NCBI GenBank assembly: GCA_051047955.1
Contig: JBPGPT010000002.1
Coordinates: forward strand, 124,001 to 188,000
From: Cystobasidiomycetes sp. EMM_F5
Taxonomy: Eukaryota
Direction of reading: 5' to 3'
Length of the DNA: 64,000 bases
The notes under the pieces are model-generated. The model was given only the letters and a program-made list of their open reading frames with translations, was not told where the DNA came from and ran no database searches. How positions within the stretch are numbered: the stretch's first letter is position 1; each line of letters opens with the position of its first letter. A program made the translations under genes and the position numbers. Positions 36,875-51,425 of this stretch are shown piece after piece.

Positions 36875-39153
36875 ATGGGCACGAAGTATGAGCCTCGCGA
36901 GCTGGTCGAGCGATTCCATAAAGTGCGCCAGAAGCCTCCACTCCATGATGCGGCCTGATTGTATTGTACGCCTTCCGCGGCTCGTATCAATCCGTTCCAC
37001 CTTGTGCTCCTCGACGCATTGACGGTCGTCATACTTAGTCTGGGGACGTCGCTGATATCGATGAGGCTGCAAGGCTGCTCGGGGAGCAAATAGAGCGAGC
37101 ATCAAGAAACGATATTAAACGACTTCCAGAGATACTGGCATTCATCGAGGACATCGTTGTCGAAGATTACGTCAACGATCTTGAGGTATGCTCCTAAGCA
37201 GCGTTCGAGGCTGTCAACCCAGTATTAGGCTAAGACGAAACAGCATGGATCTGGCGACCCGACGCCCAGCCATCCGTCCATAGTACAAGATGGGGCGTTC
37301 GCTTGCATCCCATTACTAGCTTGCTTTCCCACATCTTCTCCAGACTCGCCGTCGTCGACTTCGATAGCCAAGCTCATGGGCATATTTGCAGAACATGGCG
37401 ACAGCAAACAAACGTTCATGGCCTGCGAACAAACGCTTTCTACGGTTCTGACTAGAGCACAGTCCTTCGCTGACCTACCAGAAATACCGGAATGGTACGA
37501 CGACAAAGCGTCCTCTTACATCACTACTTTCTTTTGCTTGCCAGTCATCCGATTGTTAAGTGCAAGCAGTACAAGTAGGCTACCTTTAGCAGCAGGTGAA
37601 AAGTTTTAACTGACGTTCCCCTAGCTCTGAGACGCATCAGAAGCAGAAAGCCATATGCGCTGCTACAACCTACCTTACGGACGTCACAGGCGATCATTGG
37701 TCAGCTTGCACAACTTCACGAGCACATAGGAGACATTGCTCCTGGCGATGCGGCTGTACTTCTCAACGCGTGTTCGCTGCTCGTCGTTCAGAGTGCAGAA
37801 AAATGGGGAATCGAAGATGCGGGGTTTGCGACGGTATTTGCGGAGACCTTGAGCACGATGATTGTGAAGCTAACATAGTCAATAGCTATTGCAGCATTCT
37901 ATCGCCGATGTGGTGCTTCAATTAGCGCCGCTACTGCCCGTACAAGCCAATCTATCACGTGAAGTACGCACTCGCTCTGATGGTCTGACAGGCCACAAGC
38001 GCGTTCCGGAATTTACAATACTGATGGAACAGTGGAGGCTTGCTCTGGTGAGCGGGAAAATTACTTGGATGACAAGTGTTGAGGAGGAGCGTGGTTGCAG
38101 CAAGCTGCCGAAAAAGTTGCCTTCCCCCGCGACTTGATGTCGGTGGAAACATCTTCCAGTCAAACAATGATAATCGCGTCTGTCATAATAGCCTCACTGC
38201 GTCAGGTGCACGAGCCTTCACCGTGGACTTCGAGTAGCTTTCGCACTTGGGATCATGCCTTGTCTACAATCCTGCTCAACAGGGAGGAAGCATACTCGGC
38301 ACCGGCTCTCGATGCATGCCTTTTCATTGTGTCCCAAATACTGCACGACGTTCAGGAAGTTGCACCACCGGGTCCCGGACACTTCCGATTGGAGGATTCG
38401 GATCTGGAGTCCACGACCAAGGTAGGCGCATTTCATAGACGCGCGCGTTGGTTTGCGCTGACTTTGGTAACGATGCCGTGACAGACAATTGCTGACAATC
38501 TCATTCTGCTGCCACAAGAGCTCTCTGCTGCCGCCGTCGCTCTCCTTGAGCAGCTTGTCAAAGCAGTCACTGGCGTGGGACAGCAGAATTTAATCTTGTT
38601 CATGCTCAGTCACGCCTCGCTGGCAGTTCAAGTCACAGGCATATCAATATTACGACATATCGTGGTGGATTCACTCGAGGTGTGCCACCGTCTCAGCTCC
38701 TTCCGCAGACCTTGAGCTGATCTATCGGCAATCTTACAGGGAGACACCCGCAGCACTCAACCGGGGTTAACGGAACTCTGGTCAACTTACGGTCCTCTGC
38801 TGTCGCGGTTGGAGAACCCATCGGATGAAGCGTTCTTGGATGATCAATACAATAGTCGCCTTATCGCCAGTCTCAATTTAGTCTACTTGGTGTTCCAGCG
38901 CGACAAGATCGCCCGGCGTGTGAGTCGACGCCTTTGAACTTAATGTAAATGTGTTGATGGCGGGAGCAAGCTCGACATCTGGCAAGCCCGTTGCCTGAAA
39001 GACGTGAAGACGTGGCTTAATTCCGTCGACGCTTGGCAACAGCAATACCAGTCGACTTTGCAACCACCAGGCGATGACCAGTCGGGACTCGACATGCTAA
39101 ATGTGGTATTGAGTACGTCAGTGAACCGCGTGCGCCAGAGTCTCCCGTCGTAA
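36875..39153 (+). CDS. Ybp1/ALF4/glomulin-family helical protein (multi-exon; start uncertain)
   Basis: LMGIFAEHGDSKQTFMACEQ, ALRRIRSRKP, AVQVTGISILRHIV and LIASLNLVYLVFQRDK resemble YAP-binding/glomulin conserved segments; stop TAA 39151-39153. Confidence 0.55.
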
Positions 39154-39331
39154 TCATAGTACATAGGATGACTGCATGACACCCTGTAAGTCGTCGAGTC
39201 GCCTATACCACCAATCTGCCTCCGAGCCCGCCGCGTCAGGTTTCGTATGTCAAATCTTGCCCCTTCCGATAGTCACCACTGCTTTCGGTTAAGATACGCT
39301 AAACGCTGTCCTTCGGTCAGGCGATGCATCA

Positions 39332-42300
39332 TTAGAAATTGTCAATGTCATCATCGCTCAGATACAATTTGTCCTCAACGTCCGCAGGGTCGTTCCGCTC
39401 AGTGGCGCTGGCAGTGTCATCATCCTCGATCTTCACAGCAGGCATGTTCGGCTTCTCCTCCTCGTCCTCGTCCTCCACTACGTCTTTGTCATTGAGAGTA
39501 GTTACCGTTCCGGTAGTCTTGACTTGCGGAAAGAATGCCACTTCTAGCAGTGTCTTGCTGAATTTGGGTACACCATGCTCGGTGTGCCTGTCCTGGTCTC
39601 GTCGCTTGTCTGGCGGCTTCTTGAACATGGAGGTTCCGGCGCCATCGAGACCATGTGGTGCCTGAATCAATCCGGCCAATGGCAAGGTTTCAAGTAGTAT
39701 CGAGAGACGGCCAGGCAGCAAATCTAGCAAGGAAGAATGAGCTCCGCCATACTCGTGAGCATCTGTGCAGCACACTCACCGGCACATTGATCGTCTTTCA
39801 TGCGGCTTCTGCTGAGCCTGCCTATCCAGTCTTCTATGTGTGCCATATTGTCCTTCGCTCGCCGCTGAACATCCCAGACTTCCGATTTGAACATTTTTTG
39901 ACCACGCCGCTGTACCGGCGAGGGTAGGGCAAGCAAGGCGCCTCGCACGGAGACTTGAAATGAGTAGTGCGACGTGAGGGCATGGCGCGTAAACTGTATA
40001 CCTGCTAGTCAGCAAGATGGTTATGAAAGGGTTTGCCTGTCCGTACGATATCGCCTTCCATTCGCATCAGAGAATCAGAGATGCTCAGGTAGTCCATCAT
40101 ATTGACGCAGTTGTGGATACCGTCGCAAAAGGGCGGGTAGTTTTGATGCAAATACGACATGAACATGTCGGAGTCGACGGGAGCATCCGCGAATAACGCC
40201 TGCAGGTACCCTCTCAGCCACAGACCCGAAATATGGAGGAACGTCATACATTGGCATCGACCTTCGACAGGCGGCGCTCCCATGCATACAAATGCTTTGG
40301 CAGTTTCTCCAGATCCGGAGGTTTCGGTTCTTCGCTCTTCGCGTCTTCCTCTGGTTTCTCGCCCCATCTCTTATTGAACAATACCTTGCCAAGGGCGTGA
40401 AAGAGAAAGAGCGAAGACTCTTTCGTCGCCAGGAGGTGCATTCTATACTTCAAGCTCAGCATGCCACATCTACTCCATGAGTCTTCATACTAACAATGCT
40501 TTATCTGCGCTTTTGCCCTGCAACGAGGATTTGGAAGTGCCGGGCGCTTTCCGCTTCCTTGTCTTCTTTTCAATAGCGTTCTGCAGCGAGTCACCGCTAC
40601 CATCTCCAATCACAAACTGCAGCGTATTGAGAGCCGAGCGGATGTCTCCATCCGATGCCCGGATAACAAGGGTGAGAGCGTCTGCCGAAGGTCGTTTCCC
40701 CACATCTCGGGCATACTCGTGATCGATGATGGCTGTCAGTGCCTTCTTCATCAGGGTGGCCGCAATGGGATTGAACCTGACGAGAATGCTTAGCAATACA
40801 TCCTTTTCTGCACGCAGAGTTGCATCGACACACTTGAACTCGGTAGCATTTCCAGTCCGCATAACATCAAAGGGAACCACACTTCTCACGCTGATGCTCA
40901 CTTCTCCGGTACCTTGGTACTTGTTTGCTGCGACTTCGCCCTGATTCTGCCCAGGTCTTGCCAGTGATTCGCTTACAATAATTGCAAGAGGCACGTTGGC
41001 ATTGGGCTCCAATGCTGCTGCTGCCGAGCGCTTACTGCCTGCTAAGCCCAGTAAAGCTGACTGAAAGGCAGAGCGGGTTGTCTGTGATGTGAAAATGTTT
41101 GGAAAGTCTTCAATCAGTAGGAGTCGGCGTCGAGGCTTGACCCGAGTTGAGGTCGTAGCTGCTTTTCGAGCAAAGCCCTGAAGACCGATTGTAGCGGTAC
41201 TATTGTTTGAAGAGTTGGTACTCTTCCGGTCTTCTGGACGCACAGCTATTCGATCGTCAGCTGTGAGCGTACCGAATGACAGAGACGTGGCAGACGCTGC
41301 CTTGGCCAGAAAGGCTGGCAGATGTCGGGAAGCCGTTTCTGAATGTAGAATTTTATAGCGTAAGAATGACGGACGTTACTGCGTGCAGACAGCTCACCAG
41401 TACTGCCTTCACTCGTCTTGTATTCTGTAATCTCGAAACCCATCTCTTTGCTCAAAACTCGCAAAGTGGCTGTTTTCCCGCATCCAGCGGGCCCTGACAG
41501 AATGATGATCCGCTGCAAGTGAGAATGTACAGGTTGGCTTACGAGCAAAGTACTCCGTGAAGTTGAGACATTGCCTTACGCGATATTTGCTGATGCTTCC
41601 GCCTGCCCAAGCTTCTTGTAGCCAGGCTTGCACATCCTGGACCTTCTTTTTATGAACACAGAGCGAGTCTAAATCCGAAGGCCAATACTTCTCCGACCAG
41701 AGTGCGTCTGGTAGGAATATCATTGGTCACTACGAGTAAGCACAGCTGATGGTTGTCGTTCGGCTTACTCGCTGTGCTATCGTGTATATCAAGCTCCACT
41801 ATCCTGTTGTCGTCGACAATCTCGCGTTGCTTGCCTTTTGATTTAGCAGAAAGCTTGGACGTTTCGTTGCCGTTCTGCTTTACTACATTCGTAGTTTGCG
41901 TAGCGGGAACAGCAGACGTCTGATGTGTTTTGCCACTCTTGCGGGTACTGCTTGTAGTTTTGACGGCAGGCTGGAAGCCAGTCAGAACGAGATCATCGTC
42001 GTCTTTTCCTTCATCGTCGCTGTCAGATAATGCCTTGATGCCATCAAAACTATCGTCCACGATAACGTCGTCGTCGCTCGAGAGCTCGATTGCCGCCTCT
42101 GCAGTCTTGCTCTTGCTCGACGATGCTGATACCTCTTTGCTTTTGGCGCTCGCGACCTTCCGTTTCGAAGCTTTGGGACTCTGGGAAGTTGAAGACGATG
42201 CTGCTACGGAAGATGTATTGCTGCTTGCTGGCGGCCCAAACAAGGTCGACAGCGGTCGGAATGGCTTTGCTGGTGCTGCAGAACTGACACCGCTGCCGGA

Positions 42301-42390
42301 ATTGGCGCTTGAGCGTTTGCGCTTTGAGCTCGAGCTCAGGCTGCTCCCTGTTCCGCTGTCGTCAGCCTTTTGCGCTTTCTCCCGGGCCAT
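39332..42390 (-). CDS. RAD17: Checkpoint clamp-loader large subunit Rad17/Rad24
   Basis: LWSEKYWP..LCVHKKKVQDV, Walker A LSGPAGCGKTAT, LLLIEDFPN, FNPIAATLMKKAL, GDIRSALNTLQF, SLFLFHALGKVLFNKR and C-terminal DDDIDNF. Confidence 0.92.
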
Positions 42391-42613
42391 TGCAGCATGG
42401 TTGGGTGCGCGTAAACAAGCACTGGAATCGCGAAGCAGCGAGCTAAATGACAACCCAGATCAACAAGTAACGATGCACAGAGTTTGCAATATTCATACTA
42501 ATGGCGACAACATGCATGACCGAGATTAGACGCGTCCTGCGCAACTTGCAACTAAATTGGAAGCTCAACTACTGTACTCGCCAAAGCAACACAAAACGTG
42601 ATAGTGTCCGTAA

Positions 42614-44234
42614 TCACAAGCGATGGCCCGGAACGAGCGTGAATAGAGTAGTGGCACAGGCAACGAGCACAATGGTCAGAAAGGTTACCCTGTACAGCAT
42701 GTCAGCGCGAACAGAGGGGTCATTTCCTCTGCGACTTGCCATATTGACCTGCCAATTAGCAATTTCTTGACGTATGGCTCTTTGATGCGTAGCGTACGGA
42801 AAGCGGTCTGCGATGAGCATTTCAGCATGCTGTCGTCCGCAGATACTCCGACTGTTGCGTACCGTTTCCGAGACGCCCCAAAATACCATGAGAGGGTCAA
42901 GGTCATACGCGTATGACAGAATAAAGAGAAATGCGATCGAGAAGGGAAGGAGAACCTTTTGGATCACAGTAAGAATAGTCATGGAAAGATTACTACCGCG
43001 AACTCACCCAAAGCCGCCTCGTCTTTGGAGTGGTGTTGAGGAAAATGAATGAAAAGGCCAAGCTTAGTGCAATCCACATAGCGAGGAGGCCAACAATGAG
43101 GCGAATCATTGCCGACATGGGTGTCAGGTTTCCGAAAGCCTTGCTTCGCAAAAAACGAGGAAAGGAATCCTGCTCCATTGCCCTGTACACCCATTCCTTT
43201 TGCGAATGAAACATGTCTGGTACACGAGCCAGCGCATCACTCTCGACGTCATATCCAGGCTCAGAGTACGTCTGAGGGAGTTTGCCGGAGGATATGGGAA
43301 ATTCCTGGACGCGCAGGACATTGGGCAGGAAGATTTCCTTTTCGGCGCCAGCCATTAGATATCGCATATAGATGCGCTCGGCAGAGGCAATGAGATCCGT
43401 TCGAGTAATTGCGCTGTCGCGAGGAATAACTGGCATAGCCATTTGCTTCTTGCCATTGCCCCGCACGTTGATTGACATGGCACCTAGGGACAACCGACCT
43501 TTGGCAGATACAGATGTTGTATTGGGTGAAGCTGGCTGAGCACCAGCAGACGAGTGTCTCGACTGCCTCCCACCAGGACTCTGTGCCGGTGCCGAATCAT
43601 TAGGATACAGTGCACGCAAGGTTGGAGAAAAGTTGGCAGTCAGATTAGGCCGAGGTCCGTTTGACGTCGGGGAAGGGGTACGTTGCAAATCACGGCTTCT
43701 CTGGTCGCGGCGGTCTGCAACGAGTCCATTCTTGTTGGCACTATTGTTGTTACTGGTATCTCCGCTGGTGTCGACGTTTGTCGTTGTGGCATCGGTCGAC
43801 GCGCTGATGTTGTTTACGTCTACGAGGCCGTCACTGTCCTCGCCGTCTGCAGCCTCAAGGGTGACGCCGTTGACGCCGTTCCAAGCGCTACCTCTACGTT
43901 TGGCTACCTCGTAGTATCGGGGCCACTCAGTCTTGACGCTCCGCCCGTGCTTGTTGAGATCCTGAAAGTAGGCCCTGACCAGCGACTCGTGAGTCCGGAC
44001 GTCGAGCCAAAAGTCGAGCATGTCCTCTGCGCCCTCGCGCTGCAGAAACAGGTAGTAGCAGTACAGGTCTACGGGCGGACTCGTACGCCGGCTCAGCACT
44101 TCCTGCAGCGTCGGCAGCCTGTCCCGCCGCGCCATCTTGAGCTGGTGTTGTTGCTGCTGTTGCTGCTGGAAGTGCTGCAGATGGTCTGGCGAGGCTGGCG
44201 ACGCTGGCGACGCTGGCGACGCTGGCGCAGACAT
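42614..44234 (-). CDS. RAX1: RGS-domain bud-site/polarity protein Rax1
   Basis: RLPTLQEVLSRRTSPPVDLYCYYLFL..DMLDFWLDV, SAERIYMRYL.GAEKEIFLP, MEQDSFPRFL.SKAFGN, then TM segments and C-terminal VPGHRL. Confidence 0.88.
44186..44227. repeat. 9-bp tandem repeat (CTGGCGACG units) encoding SPA repeats in the Rax1 N-terminus, next to a polyQ tract
   Basis: ctggcgagg-ctggcgacg x3-ctggcg seen directly in the sequence. Confidence 0.8.
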
Positions 44235-44491
44235 GGTCAGGTGTCTACTTGGTCGATGAGACTCATAGAGCAGATTGTGAATCGCTACATGGATGGCGTT
44301 CGACGAGGGCGCGTGCACGGCAAAGCGGGGCTGGCAAGAACAAAAACATGAAAAGATGCGAATGCCGATTTAGCGCAAAGCCGTTAGATAAACTTTGGCA
44401 ATCGTCTTGATACTCTTTCGGATACTATGATACATCGACTTGTTTCTTCTGGACTTCGCGCACTTCATCAGCGCGACTTATAACCATCTTC

Positions 44492-47400
44492 TCACACTAG
44501 ATCCGGATGCAGGGCTACTTCGTCCATCGGGACTTGCACCGTCACTTTCTGCCCATCAACATCAATGTCTGCCTCGACGTGTTTCCCGTCAGAACTGACG
44601 TGAGCTCCTTCGTGCACTCCCGGCCCGCGAATCTCCTCTCCGGGCGTAGAGACTGACTGCCTGCGGGGGAGTGGGCGAGTGAGTGCACTGGCAGCTGTCT
44701 TGGATGGTGAGGATGCTGGCCAACTCGGCGGACTACTAGCCACAGCGTCGGAGTTCGCCGTGTGTGAAAGCATTGGTCGATTGGGCGATTTTGAAGATGT
44801 CTGCTGTGAAAAGTCATAGTCTCCCGACGCAGCATGTTCGTCGCTCGTTGCAAAGTCACCAAAATCGTCGTCGTCAAATTGACCGTTCGGCGTCAGACTG
44901 GGTGACGACCCGTACTCAAAATCGCCGAAATCGGCATCGTTTGCTGATCCTTCAAGCTCCGAGGTGTCGTAATTTTGTCTGAAGGATGCACTCCAGTCGG
45001 CAGCTACGCAACATGCACATTGATCAGCTTTCACCACAACGCCAACGACACCTGTACGCACGAGTGAGCTTTTGCGGGCGGGAAGCATCATCCGCTTTCG
45101 AAGTACTGCTGCTTCCGAAATCGTCCTCAAAAGATAATGGCTGATCTGTCGAATTATCCGCCGCGTTCGTATCGGAAAAGGGATCAAAGTCATCATCGTC
45201 GGCTAAGTCGCGATCGCCGTGGGAGAAGCCATCTTCGCTGTCATCGTCAGATCGGTGATCGAAGCGAGTCTGCTCATCCAAGCCATTTTGAGTTTTCCCC
45301 TTTACCGCGATCAATCTGACAACCTGCACTCACATCAAATCCAAGCCGTTCTTGCCGCTTGCCTGAAAGCGATGACTCGTGTATGCGTCTTGTCTGATTG
45401 CCATCCGAAGTACCGACGCCAAGATCGTAATCGTGCAAACGCCTAGTTTGCTCGTCAAAGGCACCCTCTTGAATATCGTAATCGTCCAGAGTAGAATCGC
45501 CATTGACATGGCGTCTAGACGAAGATGTTGTTCCGGCTTTTTTGGCGAAATGTGAGACTGTATGTTCGGATCTCTCCTCACTATCAGAGGACGAATCGGA
45601 ATCTGATGAGCTAGACGATGCCGCTGATGGGTCCAGGTGATTGGAGCCGGAGAAGTCTGCAGACATGTGCGCCTGCATATACCTTGCAAACTGCAAGGCG
45701 AAATTCAGAGAAATGGTCTGCGATATGATGTAATTCATTACGTACGTGTGCCTTTTCTGGATTTGCGTCAGATCCTTCGCTGACTTGGTCTGCACTGAAC
45801 AGGGTTCGTCCAGCTTGACCGGGAAACTCATCGTCCGTTTCGAGAACACCAATGCCACCGCTTCCGTTGGACACGCTAGGATTCATCTTTACGCTTACCG
45901 CGCCACCCAAACGCTGCAAGTCGCGCTCTCGAGTCTCTCGCAGGTGGCCTTCGACATAAGCCTCCCATCTCTGACGATCAAATGCAGACTTAGGAATTTC
46001 CGCGAGAATAATGGTTGGATAATCGTAGAACAATTTGACGATTTCTTCGCTTATCAGGGTCAGATGTCCCATGTTACCCAACCTCACACCATGTGGGATG
46101 GAGCTGCATACGAAAGCACTTCAGTACCCTAAGCAGCGATTGTGACACGAAATGCCCTACGTAATTTTGCGGTTCTCTTCCACTGCGTCTAGAACTCGAT
46201 TGACAAGGCCTTCCTGCTGACTGAACACGGAAAGGCAAAGCTCTCGATTGGGTCCGGTTTCTAGCTTGCCATTGAAAACCTGCTGCAGCAAATCGTACAC
46301 CACGTTATGAAGGAAATTGTTCCAAGGGAATCGGAAGAACAGGTCCTGAAGATGAATGTGCACAGAATCAGCCTTTAACGAACGGTACGAGAGCAATAGT
46401 CCCGGTAAGTCCTCACGATGGCTGCAGGCACAACTTGGAGATTGACAAAAGCTTGCTTAAGAGCTGCGCCTGCAGGTAGCTGCTGAATCCGCGTGTCATC
46501 GGGTTTGGCGTCCACCGTTGCGGGCTCGATAGAATCATGGCTGGGCATTGCGTCATTGGATGAGTTTGCATGTGTCTGCGATATCAGAGGAGACTTTGAC
46601 AAGCTGGATGACTTGGGTACGACTTGCAACGGAAGCTCTCCATCGTCGCCGAGATCTATGTCATCTGTCGCCGAGCTGATGAGGTCTATTACGTCGTTCG
46701 AGTCGTCTCTGCTGTCCTGTTCGGCCGAGTGCGCGTATGAGGATGTAACGTCACTCTCAATGGACGATGCATGCGAGTCACTACTCTCGAGAGCGACATT
46801 TTCAATCATGCTTGGTCCATCATCTTCCAGCGTGTCATGAGCGGCTGCCATCTCCGTCGGCAGTAGTGGTGAAGTTGGTGAAGGATTTAGCGCTGCATTG
46901 AGTCTATGGTATGCCTCTTTCCGAGTACCCAAAATGCGGCCTGTCTTTGAGTCGTACGAAGGTATGGGTATTGAGCCGGGCTTTTGCGATTGTACACGAT
47001 TCAGAATAGTCATATTTGAGCAGTGAAGAAGCTCGGCGTAAAGCTCGCATATTCGGAATCGTTCGAAAGTGAGGGGTTCTTGTTTTTCTACTCCCTGCAG
47101 AGTCGTTAATTTCGGTGTAATCTGCAAGACGGCCAGTAGTGTTACTTTGGCTTCGCTGATTTGGGACGCGTGTATCATACTCACATCAGATCGAGGTTGT
47201 AATAGCAGCCCATGAAGGTCGGGCAATCTGCGAGCTAAGCTCGACAGCATAGGGCTGAGATCCACCAGTGAAGGTCCAAAGCCGCTTGTTTTGCCTGCTA
47301 TGTAGCTCTCCTCGCCTTCTCCTTCACGACCTAGATCTTCGTCGTCGCTGTCATCGTCTAGGTTTGCACCAATACTCTCAAGATATTGCAGTATTTGTAG

Positions 47401-48879
47401 TTCTGTAAAGTCTGAATTATTTTTTCGGATGATGTCGATAATGAGCGTAAGACAGTTGAGAAGAGAGGATGTAGAGGCTTCAGAAGATGCTAGAGCCAGT
47501 TTTTTCGGGAATTTATGGGCAACTGGTGTAACAGGATCATCCTGGTCCGCCTCCGCTTGTAGGTAGAATGAAGAAGGCTCTGCTGTTGGCGGAGCTTGAA
47601 AGTCGAACATGAAGTGAAGTAATCTATCGATAGTCTTTTGACAGGAAATCTCTAGGACTAGCGTATTGTTTGGCCACGGCGACCAACCATCTCCCGTAGA
47701 CCCAAAGCCACTGGCCGATGGTTCCGCTCCTGGCTTGTGACCCTGTTGCTGCGCCTGCTGCTGTTTGCTAGCGGACGCAGCCGACGCAGCTGCGACAATT
47801 CCCCGCAATAGGTCGCCTGCAGCAGTGTGCGCTTCGAGTGACGAAGTAGCAGGATTCAACAGCTCAACCGCCTGCGGCACAAGCCCTGCTGAGTGGAGCC
47901 ATGCAATGATGCCGAGTTGTGGATGTTGATCATCCGAATTAATGAGTTTTGTGAGTATATCAAAGATGGGGGAGATATACGGGAGGTGGAGTAACATCCT
48001 TTCAAGAAGCCGGGGTACCGAATGCAGGAACTGAATCATTTGGGAGATACGATTGTTGGAGAGATACTGGATGTTGACCTTTGACCAGTGTCCGACCTGT
48101 ACACTCATGCTGGCCAATTGGTCCGGTGGCTGATCCAAGATAGCGTTCCAGAAAGGCACTGTTGTGTATTATGTCAGCCACGCTGCTCCCGAAAGTGCAT
48201 CAGATTGCTACTGACACAAATAGGTATGTGTATCGCCGAATATTGTGTCTGAGATGCGCCAATTATCCAAGCAGAGAATCTCTACGCAGAGAAAGGGATA
48301 TCTACGTTGAGGCGGAAACATCAGAGAAGGGTCATAAGGGTCGACTTGGCAAGAGCCGCGCAGGTGAGACGCACTTCATACGCTTTCGCACAAGGTCTTG
48401 ATCCAGACTGCTGCTTTTAGTCGGCTCCACATCGTTGCTAGCAGCAGCCGTATTCTTTGGGAGAGCGGACAGGCCGGACCACGTCGGCTCCAGGAATACT
48501 TCTCCCGAAACATATGCGAGCATCCGACTGACGGCATACGGCGTGGATAGATAATCAATCTGTATGAAGCCATAATTTCAGTATCGACAGGTGACAGGCC
48601 TAGCAAGCCAGCGACAGTGGGTAAGTATGTTCGCACCAGCTTTTCATGGCCAGACTTGCATTCTTGCAGCAAATCTTCCTGATCCAGAAGCTGTTCCAGC
48701 GTCGGATTTACGCTATCTGAAGAGCTGAGCTCTGCATCGTGCGATACGACGTCCGAGGGACTGCTGCTCCCGCTGGACGCGGAGCTCGAGTGCTGTCCAA
48801 ACGTCCGCGACGGTTTCCACGCCTGCAGCAGCGTCTCGATGGCATTATCGTTCGCTATGCCATATTTCCAAAAAGTCAT
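44492..48879 (-). CDS. SAPS-family Sit4/PP6 regulatory subunit (Sap155/185/190, Ekc1-like)
   Basis: MTFWKYG, LEQLLDQEDLLQECK, IIRKNNSDF, EPLTFERFRICELYAELLHCSNM, LFFRFPWNNFLHNVVYD, RLGNMGHLTLISEEIVK and an acidic tail. Confidence 0.92.
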
Positions 48880-49237
48880 CGTCTATCCGCCAGCACCGCT
48901 GCCGGAGTATCGCGATAACGGGCGCAGCCAGCTTAGCGGGCAGTATGGGCAGGTTTGTGGGTCGACGCTGGCCTCTGGCCGAAGCAGGCCGCCTGTTCCC
49001 GACAGCGTTGTGGGCGGAATGGCAGAACAAGCAACTGCTACAGACCCTCATTCGGTCAATTTACGCGACTTGTGCACAACAAAATGCAACGACGATGTAT
49101 GCATTGGTGAGATGCGGTAGACTACGGCACTGGACTGATTACGACTCCATGACTGCGACTTGTCTTCATCCCATCGCGTTCTTGTCGCCTACTGAATGCG
49201 TACTGAAATTGCGACTGTCGTGCTCTCTCGCGACGTT

Positions 49238-51292
49238 TCAAAAATCGAAACTCTGCCCCTTGCTTCGAATGCCGTCAAAGATAAATGTCCCGTTTAGCGG
49301 TATGTACTGCGTTGTAATGAGCTTGATGGCTTCTTGCGCTACGATTCCGCCTAAAAGTGCAGCTATTTGCGGTAAAACAGCCCCGCCGGCGCGTGTCCTG
49401 GATAATTAAACACGACGAAAGGTCAGCATAGTGCCTGCAGGGAACAGGGTATCTGTCATCACGCTTACACTTCCGCCAAAGCCTTCTCGAGCAGGTCATC
49501 CACTTCGACTCGAAGCTGGGATTCACCGAGACAGACTGTGAGAACTTTTCTGACGCTCTCCGTAATTCCTTCGAGGTCCGCCAGACCATCAACGTCGACT
49601 TGCTCGGGCAGAGATCCCGGCCACCGGGAATGTTCGAGGTAGAAGTGGTCAGCCGCGCGCAGAGCCAGGTAGTAATGGATCGCAGAAGTGACAGCTTCCG
49701 GTGTCTCGGACGTATCGAACGGATCCGGCTGACTCGCCGCCTCGAAGGCGATGCCTAGTGCGAGGTCAGCAGTAGACCTAAACGTACGCGCGGGACATTG
49801 CGGATATACTCACGAATTCGCTTTTGATCTGGCCTTTCATATTCGTCCCTCATTCTTCTGCCACGCGCAAGATGCAGGCTAGCGACATTCTTGACAAAAA
49901 CTATAATCTGCTCGTCATCCACGAGGAGATTTTCGTCTATGCTTCCGACGTCTTGAAGCAACTTGGCCAACTCTGCTTTGACCGCAGCAAGATCGCTTGC
50001 CGCTTTTCCACGATACAATGTCTGAAGAGCTCGGAAGCCAGCTGATGTCGCTTTCATGTCAGGTAGGGCGGCTCCGTTGTACGGCAGTAGGTTCTGTCCG
50101 TCATTCGTGAATTCAGATCGAACGAAATTCCGGACAGCCCGTAAGAGAAGCCAGAAGGGTGTAGACTATCTCTCCGAGCGAGTCAGTACGCTACGAAGTT
50201 CGCCCAGGAGTCCGCTCACCTGAGTGCTTATATTCTCGCAGGCCGGATCGTTGAAAAGAGTCTTTATTTCAGCTGGTATCTCCGTCTTCTTGACGTATTT
50301 ATTGACCATATTGACAGCCTCGTCAAAGTTCTCGTGATCAGCACCGGGACCTCCTCTCTTCATGCTTTGGATCATCTGTTTCAGCTCCTTCTTCTCCGAT
50401 GTCTTGAGAGGCAGTTGACAATTATGCGAGGCTTTCCATGCTTCGATGGCTTTCAAAATGATGACGAGAGGCGGAATGTGGGCATACTCCAGGCTGTCCA
50501 GAGCGTCAAAGTCGATGCTTTCTACGTGGTTGGCCAGCTCGGGGAAGGGCGCGTCAAGCCGCAGATCTACTAAGGGATTCTCCGGATGCGTTTCGATGAC
50601 TGAAATCAAACGGAGAATACCGTGAGCTGATATGTGGACCATACGCTATATCGAGGAAACTTACAACCAGCTTCCTTAATCTGTGTCCGAACAGAACCGA
50701 TAAATCCGCAGCTCTTGACTGCAATAATTGGTATTGTAGCATCCCAGCATCGGTCTGACAACTGCAAGGTCTCCTCTGGGGACGTGTCGACAGTAATGAC
50801 GAGAGTATATGGAGCCAGTGAAGCAGGTGAAGTACTGAGAAATTCAGCTACGGTCTGAACAATACAGCCAATTAGCCGGAAACCTGCGTCGGTTTCGTAT
50901 TCCTAGCCTACTTTCTGTAGAAAGTTTGATGCGACGCTGTCATTCAACTCGGAGAGATACTTTGCAACATGCTCAGCCCTGGAGTCGCCCTCGTTGGTCG
51001 TGCCGGGCTGCAGAAAGAAGTTGTTGCCCAAGTCTGCGCCCGTGACCGTGGCGGCATCAAGGATGGTGAATGCGCCGACACCAGGCAATACGAGGTTCTT
51101 GAGAATGGACGCCCCAGTTGCTGTGCCATTTACGAGCAGAATGTGCGCACTCTCCAGCGCTGCCTGGCCTGACGCTGCCCAGAGCCTCAGCTGCCGGTCG
51201 TATCGCTGCTCTTTACGCCCTGGAACGAGCTGGTGCCCGTTGCTTGGCTTGACCACCCCAGAGGGCGCTACGTGGGACGGCGGCGTGTCCAT
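49238..51292 (-). CDS. ULA1: NEDD8-activating enzyme E1 regulatory subunit (APP-BP1/NAE1)
   Basis: RYDRQLRLWAASGQAALE, ILKNLVLPGVGAFTILD, IETHPE..DLRLDAPFPEL and AALLGGIVAQEAIKLITTQYIPLNGTFIFDG. Confidence 0.93.
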
Positions 51293-51425
51293 AATGTATG
51301 GATCAGAACTTTGGCAGAAGCATAATGCTGGATATCAATGACCACATCGATCAGGCCAAATTGCCAGGATCCATCGTTGTACAGGCAGCGGTTTGGCAAA
51401 AGACCGTCCAGCTCTGCCCAGACTG

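Noticed and set aside
43683..44351. 222-aa plus-strand ORF with WRRWRRWRR
   Set aside because: Antisense translation of the SPA repeat and polyQ region of Rax1.
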